Part shown: in pieces, positions 53,149 through 64,000 of the stretch
How positions within the stretch are numbered: the first letter of the stretch is position 1
How the letters are laid out: every line of letters begins with the position of its first letter
NCBI GenBank assembly: GCA_002104905.1
Contig: MCFE01000507.1
Location: forward strand, 1 to 64,000
Length of the DNA: 64,000 nucleotides
Source of the DNA: Basidiobolus meristosporus CBS 931.73
Lineage: Eukaryota; Fungi; Basidiobolomycota
Reading direction: 5' to 3'
Position numbers and translations under genes: made by a program
Notes under the pieces: model-generated
What the model was told of the DNA's origin: nothing
Databases searched by the model: none
What the model saw: the letters and a program-made list of their open reading frames with translations, nothing else

Positions 53149-54364
53149 TGTTGTGTTGTATTATGATTAATTTGGGGCTTGTTCTACAATGTAGAGGCTA
53201 ATCAACAATATACAACAACTTCCAGTATGCTAATACTGAATTAGTTTATTGGGAGTTTGATATACCAATAGAAGATATAACTTTCACTAATTTCCTCAAT
53301 CTTAGGCTCAAAATATACTGAAGGCAGTGTTTATCACTTCTATAGCAGTGTTCTGACCTTCTGTTGACTAATGGGCTTATTTACTCTTGTAGTAACTTTT
53401 CCTTATTTGGAAGTCACTTTCCTTTCAGAGAAAATATTTCCTAATATGGAAATTCTGAGCTCCCCTTCAACCTAAAGGGGTGTGTTGTAGAAGTCTCTAA
53501 AGGGGTCTTTAGACCTAAAGGGGTGTCTTTAGAGTAAAGGGGCTTCTTCTAGTGGTCTCTAAAGGGGTCTTTACACTAAAGGGGTGCCTAAAGGGGCTTC
53601 TTTAGAGTAAAGGGGTTTCTTAAAGGGGTCTTTAGACTAAAGGGGTGTCTAAAGGGGTGTCTTTAGAGTAAAGGGGTTTCTTAGAGGGGACTTTTCCGAC
53701 AGAAAAGTGGTAGTTTCTTGTAGAACTTAGATTGGATTCTTGTGAGCTTTGCTGTCTCTTTACTGGTGTAGTACTGATCAAAGTCAGAATACTCAACAGT
53801 GCAAGTGATGCAAGGGAAGTCTTATAACCTTTGAACTTGTAATTGTAGTGTGGAGATTCTGGAAAGAGAGGCTCTCTCTTTATTTTTCAGCTGGGGAAGT
53901 ATATATGAAAATTTTGAAGGATCAAAGTTTTTGGGCGATTGCGCAAGCAATACACGTGATACAAAGCTAAAAGCTTGCAGTGGCGCAGATCGGACATAGG
54001 CGCAGCACCTGTGAAAATTGCACATGATTTGATTGGCTGGTTCAAAAGTTACACACAATCAAAGTCACCATAGTAATCCTAGCAATAAGGCATAGTATAT
54101 ATAATAGTTGGACTCTTTTGGTCATAACTCCTTAAGTAATGCTTCAAATGAGCTGCAATTTGAAACATGTGTTGGCTATTACCTGTTCTGTATGACATAA
54201 TATTCTTGGTTGGATTGCTTGTCAGGGTCTGGAGCACTTGTTCATCAAAGTTGGAAATTCTTGATCTTTCACTTGTGTGTTACAATAGCAAAAAGCAAAA
54301 TAAAGAAATGAGTGCAATATTGGTTTAGAGATATTGTAGTAATGGAATACTTTCCATTACCACA
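53149..54364. mobile_element. 1216-bp solo-LTR-like insertion of an otherwise unrepresented family, TSD GAAT
   Basis: TG...CA termini, GAAT on both sides; removing it restores the Copia RT sequence seen at about 7110-7140; non-coding. Confidence 0.75.
53473..53689 (+). repeat. Irregular tandem array with 12 exact TAAAGGGG cores plus one variant
   Basis: Direct count; many cores sit in CTAAAGGGGT(GT)CTTTAG mini-palindromes. Confidence 0.92.
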
Positions 54365-56484
54365 GAATCTCTCTTGCAATTCCAGGCTCTTGGTGATTGT
54401 TTGAGACCATATAGTGACTTTTTGTGCTTGCAGACCAAACAGGGGTTATCTTGGTGAACAAACCCATCAGGCTGGTCCAAATACACATCCTCATCAAGTT
54501 CTCCACTCCAAAACACAGTTTCTACATCCATTTGAAGAATAAAAAACTTATATTTGGCTGCAATTGTCAATATTAATCTGATGGAATTAAACTTGGCTAC
54601 CAGTGCAAAGGTCTCAGTATTGTCAAGTCCTTTTGTTTGAGGGTATCCTTTGGCCACAAGTCTTGCTTCGCATCTTTCAACTGTACCATCAGCCTTGTAT
54701 TTTGTCTTGAAGACCCATCTGTATCCATTTGATTTTTGGTAGATTGGTAACTTGACCAAGTCCCAAGTTTGATTTTCCATCAGGGCCTGATATTCCTCAG
54801 TAATTGCGGATCTCCAAAACTTTGTCTGCAGGCTATTTAGGGCCTCTCTTACAGTCTGGGTTCAGCAATATGGACTGAATAGGCATAGGCTAAGTTTGTA
54901 CCCTCGTTGATATAGTAATTTGGGCTACTTCTTGTCTGATTGGATCTCTAGGCATTTGATACTGGAATGATCACTTCTGAGATATTCCTGGGCACTGATT
55001 CTGGCTTAACAATGATAGTAGAGCCCTCTGGAGTGAAAAAATTTTCATTGTTTTGCTCTGATTCAATCCTGACAATTGGTGGATTTGAGATCAGATTTTT
55101 GTCATCATCTGATGTCATTTTTTGTGAAAATTTTGAATTTTCATCAAACAACACATCCCTGGACTTGATTAGCTTCTATGCTTTGGTATTGTAAAGTCTG
55201 TATGCTTTACACTCATTGCAGTAGCCCAAAAATATGCATTTTACACATTTTGGCTCAAATTTTGGCTGATTTCTGGGCAGTTCCTTAGCATATGCTGTAC
55301 AACCAGATATTATTAGATGTTCTGCACTTGGTCTGTATCCATACCATGTTTCAAATGGAGTATAATCACAAAGTATTCTGTTATAACTCCTATTTTTCAG
55401 GAATACAGCAGTGGCAACTGATTCTGCCCAAAAATCATAGGATAATTTTTGATCATGGATCATAGATCTTGCCTTATCAATTATTGCTCTGTTAGCATGT
55501 TCTGCTACTCCATTTTGCTGTGGGGAGTATGGTAGAGTAGTCTCTTGCTTTATCCCATGAATTTTACAGAAGTGGACGAAGAGTTTTGAGGTGCATGCTC
55601 CACCATTGTCAGAGCGAATTTTGTTGATTTTTTCACCAGTTCCTCTCTCAACCATGGCTTTAAGCACCCTGAACTTAGACAGAGCTTCTTCCTTTCTCTC
55701 CATGAAGTAGACCCATGTGCATCTTGTATAGTCATCAATAAAAGAGATTATGTACTTCAGCCAGCCCAAGGATAAATTTGGTATAGGTCCACACAGATCT
55801 GATTGAATTAGATCTAATTTTTTCTTAGTTTTGATCAACCCAGAGCTCTTGAACAATTGCCTGGCTTGATTCCCATATATGCAGGCTTCACAGTGCTCCA
55901 AATTAGCTGGGGGATCAGTTTTTACTCCAGAAATTAGCTGATCTTTGATCATTTTGCGCAAATAATCAAAATTGATGTGCCTAAATCTCCTGTGCCAAAG
56001 CATTGGTGTTTCTTCATTTAAGTTACTGATATTGGCTTCCAAATATGATGGGATATAAGTCAACTTGTATAGATTCTGATATCTGATACCCAAAGCAATA
56101 TGGGCACCATTTTGATCAGTGATCTTGCATCCGGAATTGTCAGAGATGAAACTAAGTCCTTCTGCAGTGTCTCCTATGAAAAAATATTGAGATGATCCCA
56201 TCAAAAGGCTGTCTCAAAGTTGATGTCCCATGACTAAGAGGTACTGATCTTGTCAGGACACCATCCAGAGACTGTTGAAAAATAATTGCACCCCAGATTT
56301 CACAAAAAACTTTGTCAAAATATTTCATCACAACAATGTATAAGTAGCTTTTGATTGGTTCCCTGCCAATTTGCTCACTTTCTGATCCCAGACACTTCAT
56401 TGCCTCCTACATTTGTGTGAATTGATTGGCTATTGCATCTTTTTCACACTCCTTACTTCCTGACTCAACCGTTTCTCTTACTTT

Positions 56485-58559
56485 TCATGCGTACAAATTG
56501 ATATATTTCCATTGAAACTTCAGTTGCACCTCAATTGCCAATTGTTTTGACCTATACAAGTCTCTATACCCTACACTAACGGTAAGCCCAACCCCACACT
56601 CAACAAGTAACTCCATTAAAATCCACCACTCAATAAGCATTTCTGCTGTAATGCTCTGGTTCCACAACTTTAGCAGGAACCCAAAGGCTTTATGCCATTG
56701 TTCATTCACTGGTTCCCACACATCCTGGTCTTCAGCCAGCACTGCAAGGCCTAGCTCTTCATCTGCTAATCTTTGCAATAAATCCTTGCAATATTCCAGT
56801 GCATTTTCTTGAGCACTGCTCTTGAAGAAGTGCAGCAACCTCTTGGTGTGCCTATTAATGTTCCAAAGCTCCACTGAAGGCATTGTGATAGTCTTTCAAG
56901 CTCTTGACATTGCAGCCTTGTCTGTCTGTGGGATCTCCCCTCTGTCAACAATGGAGGCTGTGGTAGACAAATTGCCTTTTTCAGCAAACTTATCTACCTT
57001 GCTTGAATGTAGATCAACTGGCTGTGCTTCCAACTCTTATGAAACCGTTGTTTTCTTGTTAGTAATTCTTCTTGGCTATGATGGGAATCAGTCTGTTCCT
57101 GGCTTGCAGCGTTAATTGACAAGAACTGCAGTTTTTTTTGCATGCCTCCCTGTCTCAGGCTTGGGAAGACATTCTTCCCTTTGCCTTTTCCTTTATCACT
57201 GCCAGGTCTTTCACTGCTACTTTGTCTGAGTGCTTCTTGTAAAACTATTTTTTCTCCTGGATAAATTCTGCTGTGACACATCTGTTTTGGCCTGTTTGTC
57301 CCTTGCTGGCACTCCTCTGGCAACCAGACATTTTTTTCAGCTTGTTTTGAGCTCTCAACTGTAGCTGTGATGGGCTCCTATAAAAGCAGCTGGTTTTTAT
57401 CACTGCCAGGTCCTTCACTGCTACTTTGACTGGGTGTTTCTTGAGTGGTACTATGCTTTTTCCTTGATAAATGTTGTGCTGGTGCATCTATTTCTGCCTG
57501 ATTGTCTTTAATTGGCACTCTTCCGGCTGCCTGACATCTCTTTGACGCTTATCTTGAGCTTTTGGCCAGGCTTGTAATGGGCTCTTGAGGAAGATGCTGG
57601 TTTTTAGCCATGGCACCCTTGTTCTTCTGCCTTTGATAGTTTCTGCTATTCTTAAGATACTTTCTTATCATATCAATGCTGACCCAAAATCTGTTTGCCC
57701 ATATGAATCCAAGATAATGCTCATGGAACAAGTCAAGTGCATTCTGCTTGGCCTTGAGTTCCTGATGGTCCCATGGTATGTCAGCCTTAAGGTGATGGTG
57801 TGCTAGACTTCTGACGGCCTCTTATATATTAGCCCACTCTTCATTATTGCACTCAACAGCTTCACACATCTTCAATGTCTTTTGATTTTTATGCTTTGGT
57901 ATAAACACCACATTGTCTCCCTCACACACTGTGATAGGTTTTTCTGCGGGCTTTATCTGTTGGCACTGTTGTTGTGCTTCAAAGACTGCACAGTGTTCCT
58001 CTGCTGTTACATTGGGATATGGCTCAATTCTTGGCTGTGACATTGAGCTACTTGAGTTCCTTCTTTGCTGCAAAGATACTGCTTTCTCTATCTGGGATAT
58101 TGATTGCTCTACACCTATTATCCACTCATCCTGCTTCTAGACTACTTCCTGATTTCTCTGGGCCATTGCATCTATCCTATCAGCCACTGCACCTAATTGC
58201 TTCATTAATGCTTTGGTATGAGCTGATAACATACCTGATAATATAGGTGGTGGCGGTGTTATCATGGTCACTTGCTGATCTTCAACTGAGGGTACTGTGT
58301 TTGCCACATTCTCATCTGCCTAAGCATAGTGGTCAGCTTGTGGCTCCACAGAGGTTCTCAATTGCCTACTTGACTGAGAGCCTGAGGAGTCTGCATTATT
58401 ACTTTCAATGGGCACACTGTCCACAGGGCCTTTTTTGGAAGTAGTCCTGCTTGTTGCACTGAATGTCAAAGCAAGCTGTTGTCCAACTGTTCTTCTGTTG
58501 CCATCAGTGGTGGGGTTTGGTTGAGAACCAGACAACTTTGCTTTATTTTTTGGCGGCAT
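56485..58559 (-). pseudogene. CACTA-like accessory gene (copy B), about 690 codons, function unknown
   Basis: Starts MPPKNKAKLSGSQPNP; coiled-coil-like MKQLGAVADRIDAMAQRNQE; helical block WANI...FHEHY...FWVSIDMIRKYLKNSRN; basic S/K/Q region; C-terminal HTKRLLHFFKSSAQENALEYCKDLLQRL. Confidence 0.7.
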
Positions 58560-58781
58560 ATATATGGAAGTGAGTCAAACCAAAGGAGATATAGTGCTAC
58601 ATATATGTGTGTATGTGGTGCCACAACTTTATTTATAATGCTTACTATGGCGGGTCATCATTGAATTTTACATTAATGTAGGTGCAATGTCTCAAATACA
58701 AGACTGTCTTAAGTTCACATGAGTATTGACCAAAAAGTGATATAATAGCATTATATTGTTGAAGGTCAAACTGTTTGCCCC

Positions 58782-61660
58782 ATGGACAAGACTACTTTGA
58801 CTCAATGCCATAAGAGAAGAGAAAAAAGACCATGTGGCTATTGTGGCAAGCCTCTCAGCCATGAAGCACTCAGACAGCATAGGAAGTATTACAAGGATCA
58901 TGGCCAGTGTTTTGCCACCCATGTCATATTTGACCATTCATTGGTCACTACTGTACCAATATTATCTTGCTGGCCAGTTGATACTTCTACATGGGCACCT
59001 GGCCATCTTTGTCACCTTGTGCAAACTGAGTCAGGTGAGTTTGTGATGCCTTTAGGCTCACCTCAGCCTTCTGAATATGGCTTGCAGAGTGATAGCTCTG
59101 ATAAAGAAGGTTCACTGATGGATTTTGAGCCTATCTCCCCTAACAACAGTACCACATATGAGCCTGGTCAAATCCCTATATACAATGAGACAATACCTGT
59201 TGAAACAAATGCCAAGGATATTTTATGGAGCCAAGTGAGCCCAGTAAACCATCTACTGGTGAATGATGTAATGTTGTGGCTAGAGAAGTGGCATGTTTCC
59301 ACTAATCTCAGTAATGGGGGCTTTGAGGGTTTATTACTAATTCTTGCTAAAATCATACCGGGATGCAACTTACTATTTACATGGTACAAGTGGACAACCG
59401 TCATGTGGCTGGCAACATATGATCCAGAGACTTTCCTGATTCCAGCATGTGTTAACAATAGCATGGCATTCACATCCAAAAATGCTATCATTGCAATGTG
59501 TCCAAATTGTCAGGAATCCATCACTATTGAGGGAAAGCATTGTTGACACTCCAGATATATTCTGGTCATACCCTGTCTGAGGAAGCTGATGCAGTCCATC
59601 AAATATTGCAAAGCTATACAACACCGCACTCAGAATCAATCAAGCGCAAACATATCCAATATATTCAATGGCAAACGTTACAAAGAGCTAAGAAGCAAGG
59701 GCTACTTTGAAGGTATGTATAGCTGTGCCTTTGCTTTAGCACTTAATGGATTCTCATTAAACAAGTACTCCACTAGCAAATCCTGCTGGCCACCAATTTG
59801 CATCAATCTGAATCTGCCGCCCATCTTACAGTATCAGAGCAATAATCTGATGGTAGTCTCACTGGTATCTGGGCCTAAATCACCGTCCAACCTGTATAAC
59901 TACCTAAATCCAATGCTGGATGAATTTTGTATGCTTTCCAGCAGGATAACGGTAAATAGCCATCATGTAAAAGCGCATACTATTATATGCATTGGAGATA
60001 CCCCAGCCATCAGCAAGATAGCAGGTTTTTCTGGGCACAATGGATGGTATTGCTGTCAAATGTGTGAGATCCAGGGGATTTACTCCATAACTCACACACA
60101 TTATCATTACCCAAACACCAGCACTAAGAACATCATCTTTGCACAGAGGGAACATACAGAAGTAAGCATGTAATTGCAGCAAAGTTGCCAAGCTATAAGC
60201 CATTGGCCAGAATATAGCATCAATTGTAAACCAGAGATACTTAAGATAGAGGGTATCTGTTGGAGTAAATGCTTTCCACTGGGAGCAATGCATTTGCTTT
60301 TCAACAATATCCCTATACTGATGACCAAGTTATACATGGGGCAGTCCAAGTTAAATGAGCCCTGTGAGATACCAGAGAAATTTGAAAAGATTGGCAAGAT
60401 ATTACAGAGTATCTGCTACCCTAAGCACTTCTCATGGGCTCCAATTAATATTCATACGCATATGTGACAATACAAATGCAAAGAATGGATGAACTGGATA
60501 CGTATTTATTCAAGTGGTGTTATGAAGCCATTCCTACCAAGTGTACATTGGAAGCATTGGGAGTCATATGTGGACATTGTAGGAATATTTATCCAGAAGC
60601 GGATCACCAATGCCAAATTGACATATCTACAGCTGTTGTGTGAGGAGTTTGTGACAGGATTTGAGCAGCTACACTACAAACATAAAGCTGAACGCGTAGA
60701 TCTCTGCCACTACTGTATCCATTCTCTACTCCATCTTGCACAGTTTGTAGAGATATCAGGCCTTGCTTCACCTTTTGAGAGTTTCCTATGGAGCAGATGC
60801 GTGGGGAGATAGGCAGACAAGTCAAGTTGCAGGTACCACCATATCCCAATCTCATCAAGAATATTACCTTCAAGTCTGTCATGGATATGATGAGTTGGCA
60901 CATGGAGGACAGCCAGATAGAGTTGGAAAATACTGAGGACATATGTGCACATGGAGACATCTATGCCTCTGGCATTAAGAAGCTAAGCAGCCCCAATGCA
61001 TGGGTAATCAGTTAAGTAATCCAATGTTGGGTTGGGTGCAACAAGCAACTAATCTTTATGAGGAAAACTCCACCAAGATATGCCGGATTTCTTGTGGTCA
61101 CAAGCCAACTTCTACACCATTTGATACAGAATTTACATAAACAAAAGCCAGAGCGCACCTATAAGGGGGACTAGAATCCAGCGGGGTGAAGGAATATATT
61201 GGCTAAATACCAAGAAGTTCTTTGCCAATATTCAGGAGGTATTCATGGCAGAAGTGGCAACAACCAAGCATATGTTTGCTAGATGTATATGCTACCAGCA
61301 GTACACGGTATATGGCAACTTTGCAAGTATCACACTAAAAAGCCGTAAATTGAGGTGATAGAAGTATGTCAATTGCGGCAGGTTTGCGTGTTTGTAGAGG
61401 TTGGTAAGCAGGAGGACATAGTTCTTTTTTATTCAAGCTATATGCGGAATACCCAAGGTAGTATTGGGTAAGCAAATAAAGAAAGGTGATTCTACAGTGG
61501 AATATATGAATTGCACAAGGGGAGGTAGAAAAAGGAAATACCATTTGGTAAATTGGTACAGTAGCATTATACAGAACCAGCAGTGTGGTGGTGTACAGGT
61601 CCAAGGGAGAGATACATCCAACACTTCTCAAGTGTTTTGTGTGTGGGGTGTTCACGGGGT
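58782..61660 (+). pseudogene. CACTA (En/Spm, Tnp2/Transposase_21-like) transposase, disrupted
   Basis: IPACVNNS...CPNC; ALNGFS...SCWPPICINLNLPP...GPKSP...NPMLDEF...GDTPAISKIAGFSGHNGWYCCQMCEIQG; HSLLHLAQFVEISG (DUF4218-like); 3' limit uncertain. Confidence 0.88.
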
Positions 61661-62005
61661 GCAATAACCTCTGACAAAAGCTTGCTAGGAATACTTGGGT
61701 TCTGTCTCTAATCTAATGTGAAGGGAAATAAAGCCACAAGCTTGTCAAGGGAAAACTATTGAGCTACAATCCCTAACTTAGTTGGTGTCTTAACAAATGT
61801 ATGTGCTGGGTTCAGCATCCTTTGAGATGACAATGTACTAAAGCTTCCAAAGTCAAAACAACTGTAAACTCCACCAGCAGGGACTTGATAAGAATGCAGC
61901 TGTGGTCAGTAGTTACAAAGACAGAAAAGTATCTTTGCCTGTACAAGAACAAACTTGGGAAATAATCACATATAATAAAAGATACCTACTCTGAGTATTC
62001 CTCAC

Positions 62006-63280
62006 TGTTGTAAAAATTTGTATTTCCACCTAAATATTCACCTAACTTAGTCACTTATATCATTACCTTCAAATCCTAGAAAATACTGACCAAATTCCTT
62101 GTTGGGATTTACTTAGAATATTTTCACCAAAATACCAGGTACCCAGAACATGAAAATTCTCAAAGTTGTCCAAACAGCCCCAAACTTTGCACACATGTTC
62201 CTGGGATCTTCCTTAACCTACTCTATGTGTTTGTTATGCCAAGACCAGGTAAAAGTATAAATACCACTTTTACATTCAATAAATCATTAAGTGAAAACCA
62301 CATAATCTACTTGCTCTCCCAATCACTTCCAATATCTCCAAGACTCTTACAACAGGTTATGAGCCCCAAGCTGTCACTCTCTGCAATGTCTACTACTGCT
62401 ATTACTGGAATTTTTCCCTCTGCTGAAAAGTTGGATGGCTCTAACTACCAAGTGTGGAAGGTGAAGATGAAGATGCTGCTACAAGAAAGAGGCCTTTGGG
62501 ATATTGTCATGGGAGAAAAATGCCCTCCTAAAAACGTGAGAGAGGAAGCCTTAAAGTACCAGAAGAAAGAACAAAGTGCCTTTAACTGCATTTGCCTTAA
62601 TGTCAAGGACAAATTGCTAATTCAATGCTCAAGCGCAAAAACGGCAAAGAATGCCTGGAAAGCACTAGAAGACACCTACCAGTCATGTTCAGCTGCCAAG
62701 AAAATGTATCTGAGACAAAAATTCTTTACTACAAAGATGCTGCCAGGAGAAGAAATGAAAAATCTAATTAACAGAATTACCCTGCTGGTAGATGAGATGG
62801 AATCTGTGGGCGTACCAACTACTGATGAGGATGTGATAGTTACCATCCTGAATAGCCTGACAGACAAGTTTCAGGGCCTTGTATCAGCCCTAGAGTCCAG
62901 AACTGAAGATTTGACCTTAAATTACGTATATGGAAGGCTCCTGGATGAAGAATTAAGAAAATCAAGCGCCAATAAGAAGGAAGAAGAAAATGCTTTAATA
63001 AGCAATGATAACCAACAAAGAAGGTACCCAAGACCCTACAAAGGCAACAGCAACCTATTTTGCAACTACTGCAAAAGGAAAGGACACACTTCAGACCGGT
63101 GTTTCAAAAAGAGAGATTATCAGCAAAAGAAGCCTGAATATGGAAATGCTGCAACAACTGAAGATAGACTATTCATATCTGCACTAAATATGACCACAAA
63201 CAAGGATTCTCAGACGTGGTATATTGACTCTGGAGCTTCTGAATACTTTACACACCAAAAAGAACTTTTTACCCAATATC
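62006..63280 (+). mobile_element. Young Copia 5' part: LTR 62006-62354, PBS, open gag-protease, cut by an inverted Copia
   Basis: TGTTG...CAACA, GGTTATGAGCCC, uninterrupted frame from ATG 62359/62386 to WYIDSGAS. Confidence 0.95.
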
Positions 63281-64000
63281 TGTTGTAAGAGTCTTGGAGA
63301 TATTGGAAGTGATTTGGAGAACAAGTAGATTATGTGGTTTTCACTTAATGATTTATTGAATGTAAAAGTAGTATTTATACTTTTACATGGTCTTGGCATT
63401 ACAAACACGTAGAATAGGTTAAGGAAGGTCCCAAGAACATGTGTGCAAAGTTTGGGGCTGTTTGGACAACTTTGAGAATTTTCATGTTCTGGGTAAATAT
63501 TCTAAGTAAATCCCGACAAGGAATTTGGTCAGTATTCTCTAGGATTTGAAGGTGATGATCTAAGTGACTAAGTTAGGTGAATATTTAGGTGGAAATACAA
63601 ATTTTTACAACACTCCCACTCAGCTAAATGTTCATACTGACTAGTCCTAATTTTGACCTAATATATTCAAACTTGTCTCTAGCTAATGGTTTGGTAAATA
63701 TGTCTGCAATCATTTCATCTGTAGGACAGTAAACTAAGCTAACTAAGTTATTCTCTATAGCTTCACGTATGAAATGATGTCTAATATCTATGTGCTTGGT
63801 TCTAGCATGAAAAGTTGGATTTCTACCTAATTGTATACATCCTTGATTATCTTGAAATAAAGTAATAGGCGTTTTTTGACATAGGCCTAAATCTGTAAAG
63901 AGCTTTCTTAACCACATTGCTTCTTTTGTAGCTTCACAGGCTGCCATATACTCTGCCTCTGTGGTGGAAAGTGCTACGGTTGGTTGCTTTCTTGAATTCC
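63281..64000 (-). mobile_element. Copia 3' end (3' LTR 63281-63612, PPT, RNase H), continuing beyond the window
   Basis: Inverted LTR with a short internal deletion; ORF 63624-63947 MAACEATKEAMWL...RTKHIDIRHHF. Confidence 0.95.

Larger units (their letters stand above)
46729..56170 (-). mobile_element. Copia element, 5'-truncated; 3' LTR split (46729-46831 plus 51814-52062); RT split by a 1.2-kb insert
   Basis: Integrase ORF 55176-56170 (HCEACIYG, FIDDYTR, RSDNGG), RT 54325-54780 and 52074-53051, PPT at 52063; LTR halves join across 46832-51813. Confidence 0.93.
56172..62005. mobile_element. CACTA/CMC-like DNA transposon copy B (left end, accessory gene, near-complete transposase), cut by Copia
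   Basis: Left end TCCTATGAAAAAATATTGAG matches 34363; two divergent genes. Confidence 0.88.

Noticed and set aside
53473-53689. Interstitial or true telomere
   Set aside because: Cores are separated by variable spacers and lie inside a TSD-bounded insert; not a pure tandem telomeric tract
55176-56204. 342-aa ORF as an intact stand-alone integrase gene
   Set aside because: Its first residues come from the adjacent CACTA-like end; it is a truncated piece of Copia pol
900-64000. Classical Neurospora-type RIP
   Set aside because: Observed changes are at CpG, and CpA/TpG remain abundant; no obvious CpA-to-TpA excess by eye (not computed)
1-64000. rRNA, tRNA, bacterial or viral cargo genes
   Set aside because: None recognised; tRNA similarity is limited to primer-binding sites

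Overview
Eukaryotic, fungal-like DNA. Only the first 350 bp are a host gene: the end of an intron and the terminal exon of 60S ribosomal protein eL33 (L35a / yeast L33). From ~0.9 kb onward the window is a deeply nested, mostly decayed transposon cluster with strong CpG depletion. At least five families are present. (1) A Copia family with ~349-bp LTRs and PBS GGTTATGAGCCC. (2) A Ty3/gypsy family G1 with ~369-bp LTRs and PBS TGGTAGCAG (four copies). (3) A second gypsy family G2. (4) A two-ORF PIF/Harbinger-ISL2EU-type (DDE_Tnp_4) DNA transposon H with AGACTTGTTCC TIRs, mostly AWT flanks, and a derived ~715-bp foldback MITE. (5) A CACTA/CMC-like element with a CCCTA-type left end, a Tnp2-like transposase and a divergent long accessory gene. 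The most notable observations are an intact CpG-free H transposase next to a CpG-rich partner ORF, recurrent stop codons at one probable CGA codon, a 137-bp perfectly identical patch between otherwise diverged copies, and a 1.2-kb LTR-like insert with a TAAAGGGG array. I found no rRNA, tRNA or CRISPR. Coordinates and counts were read by hand; family names come from motif recognition, not database searches.
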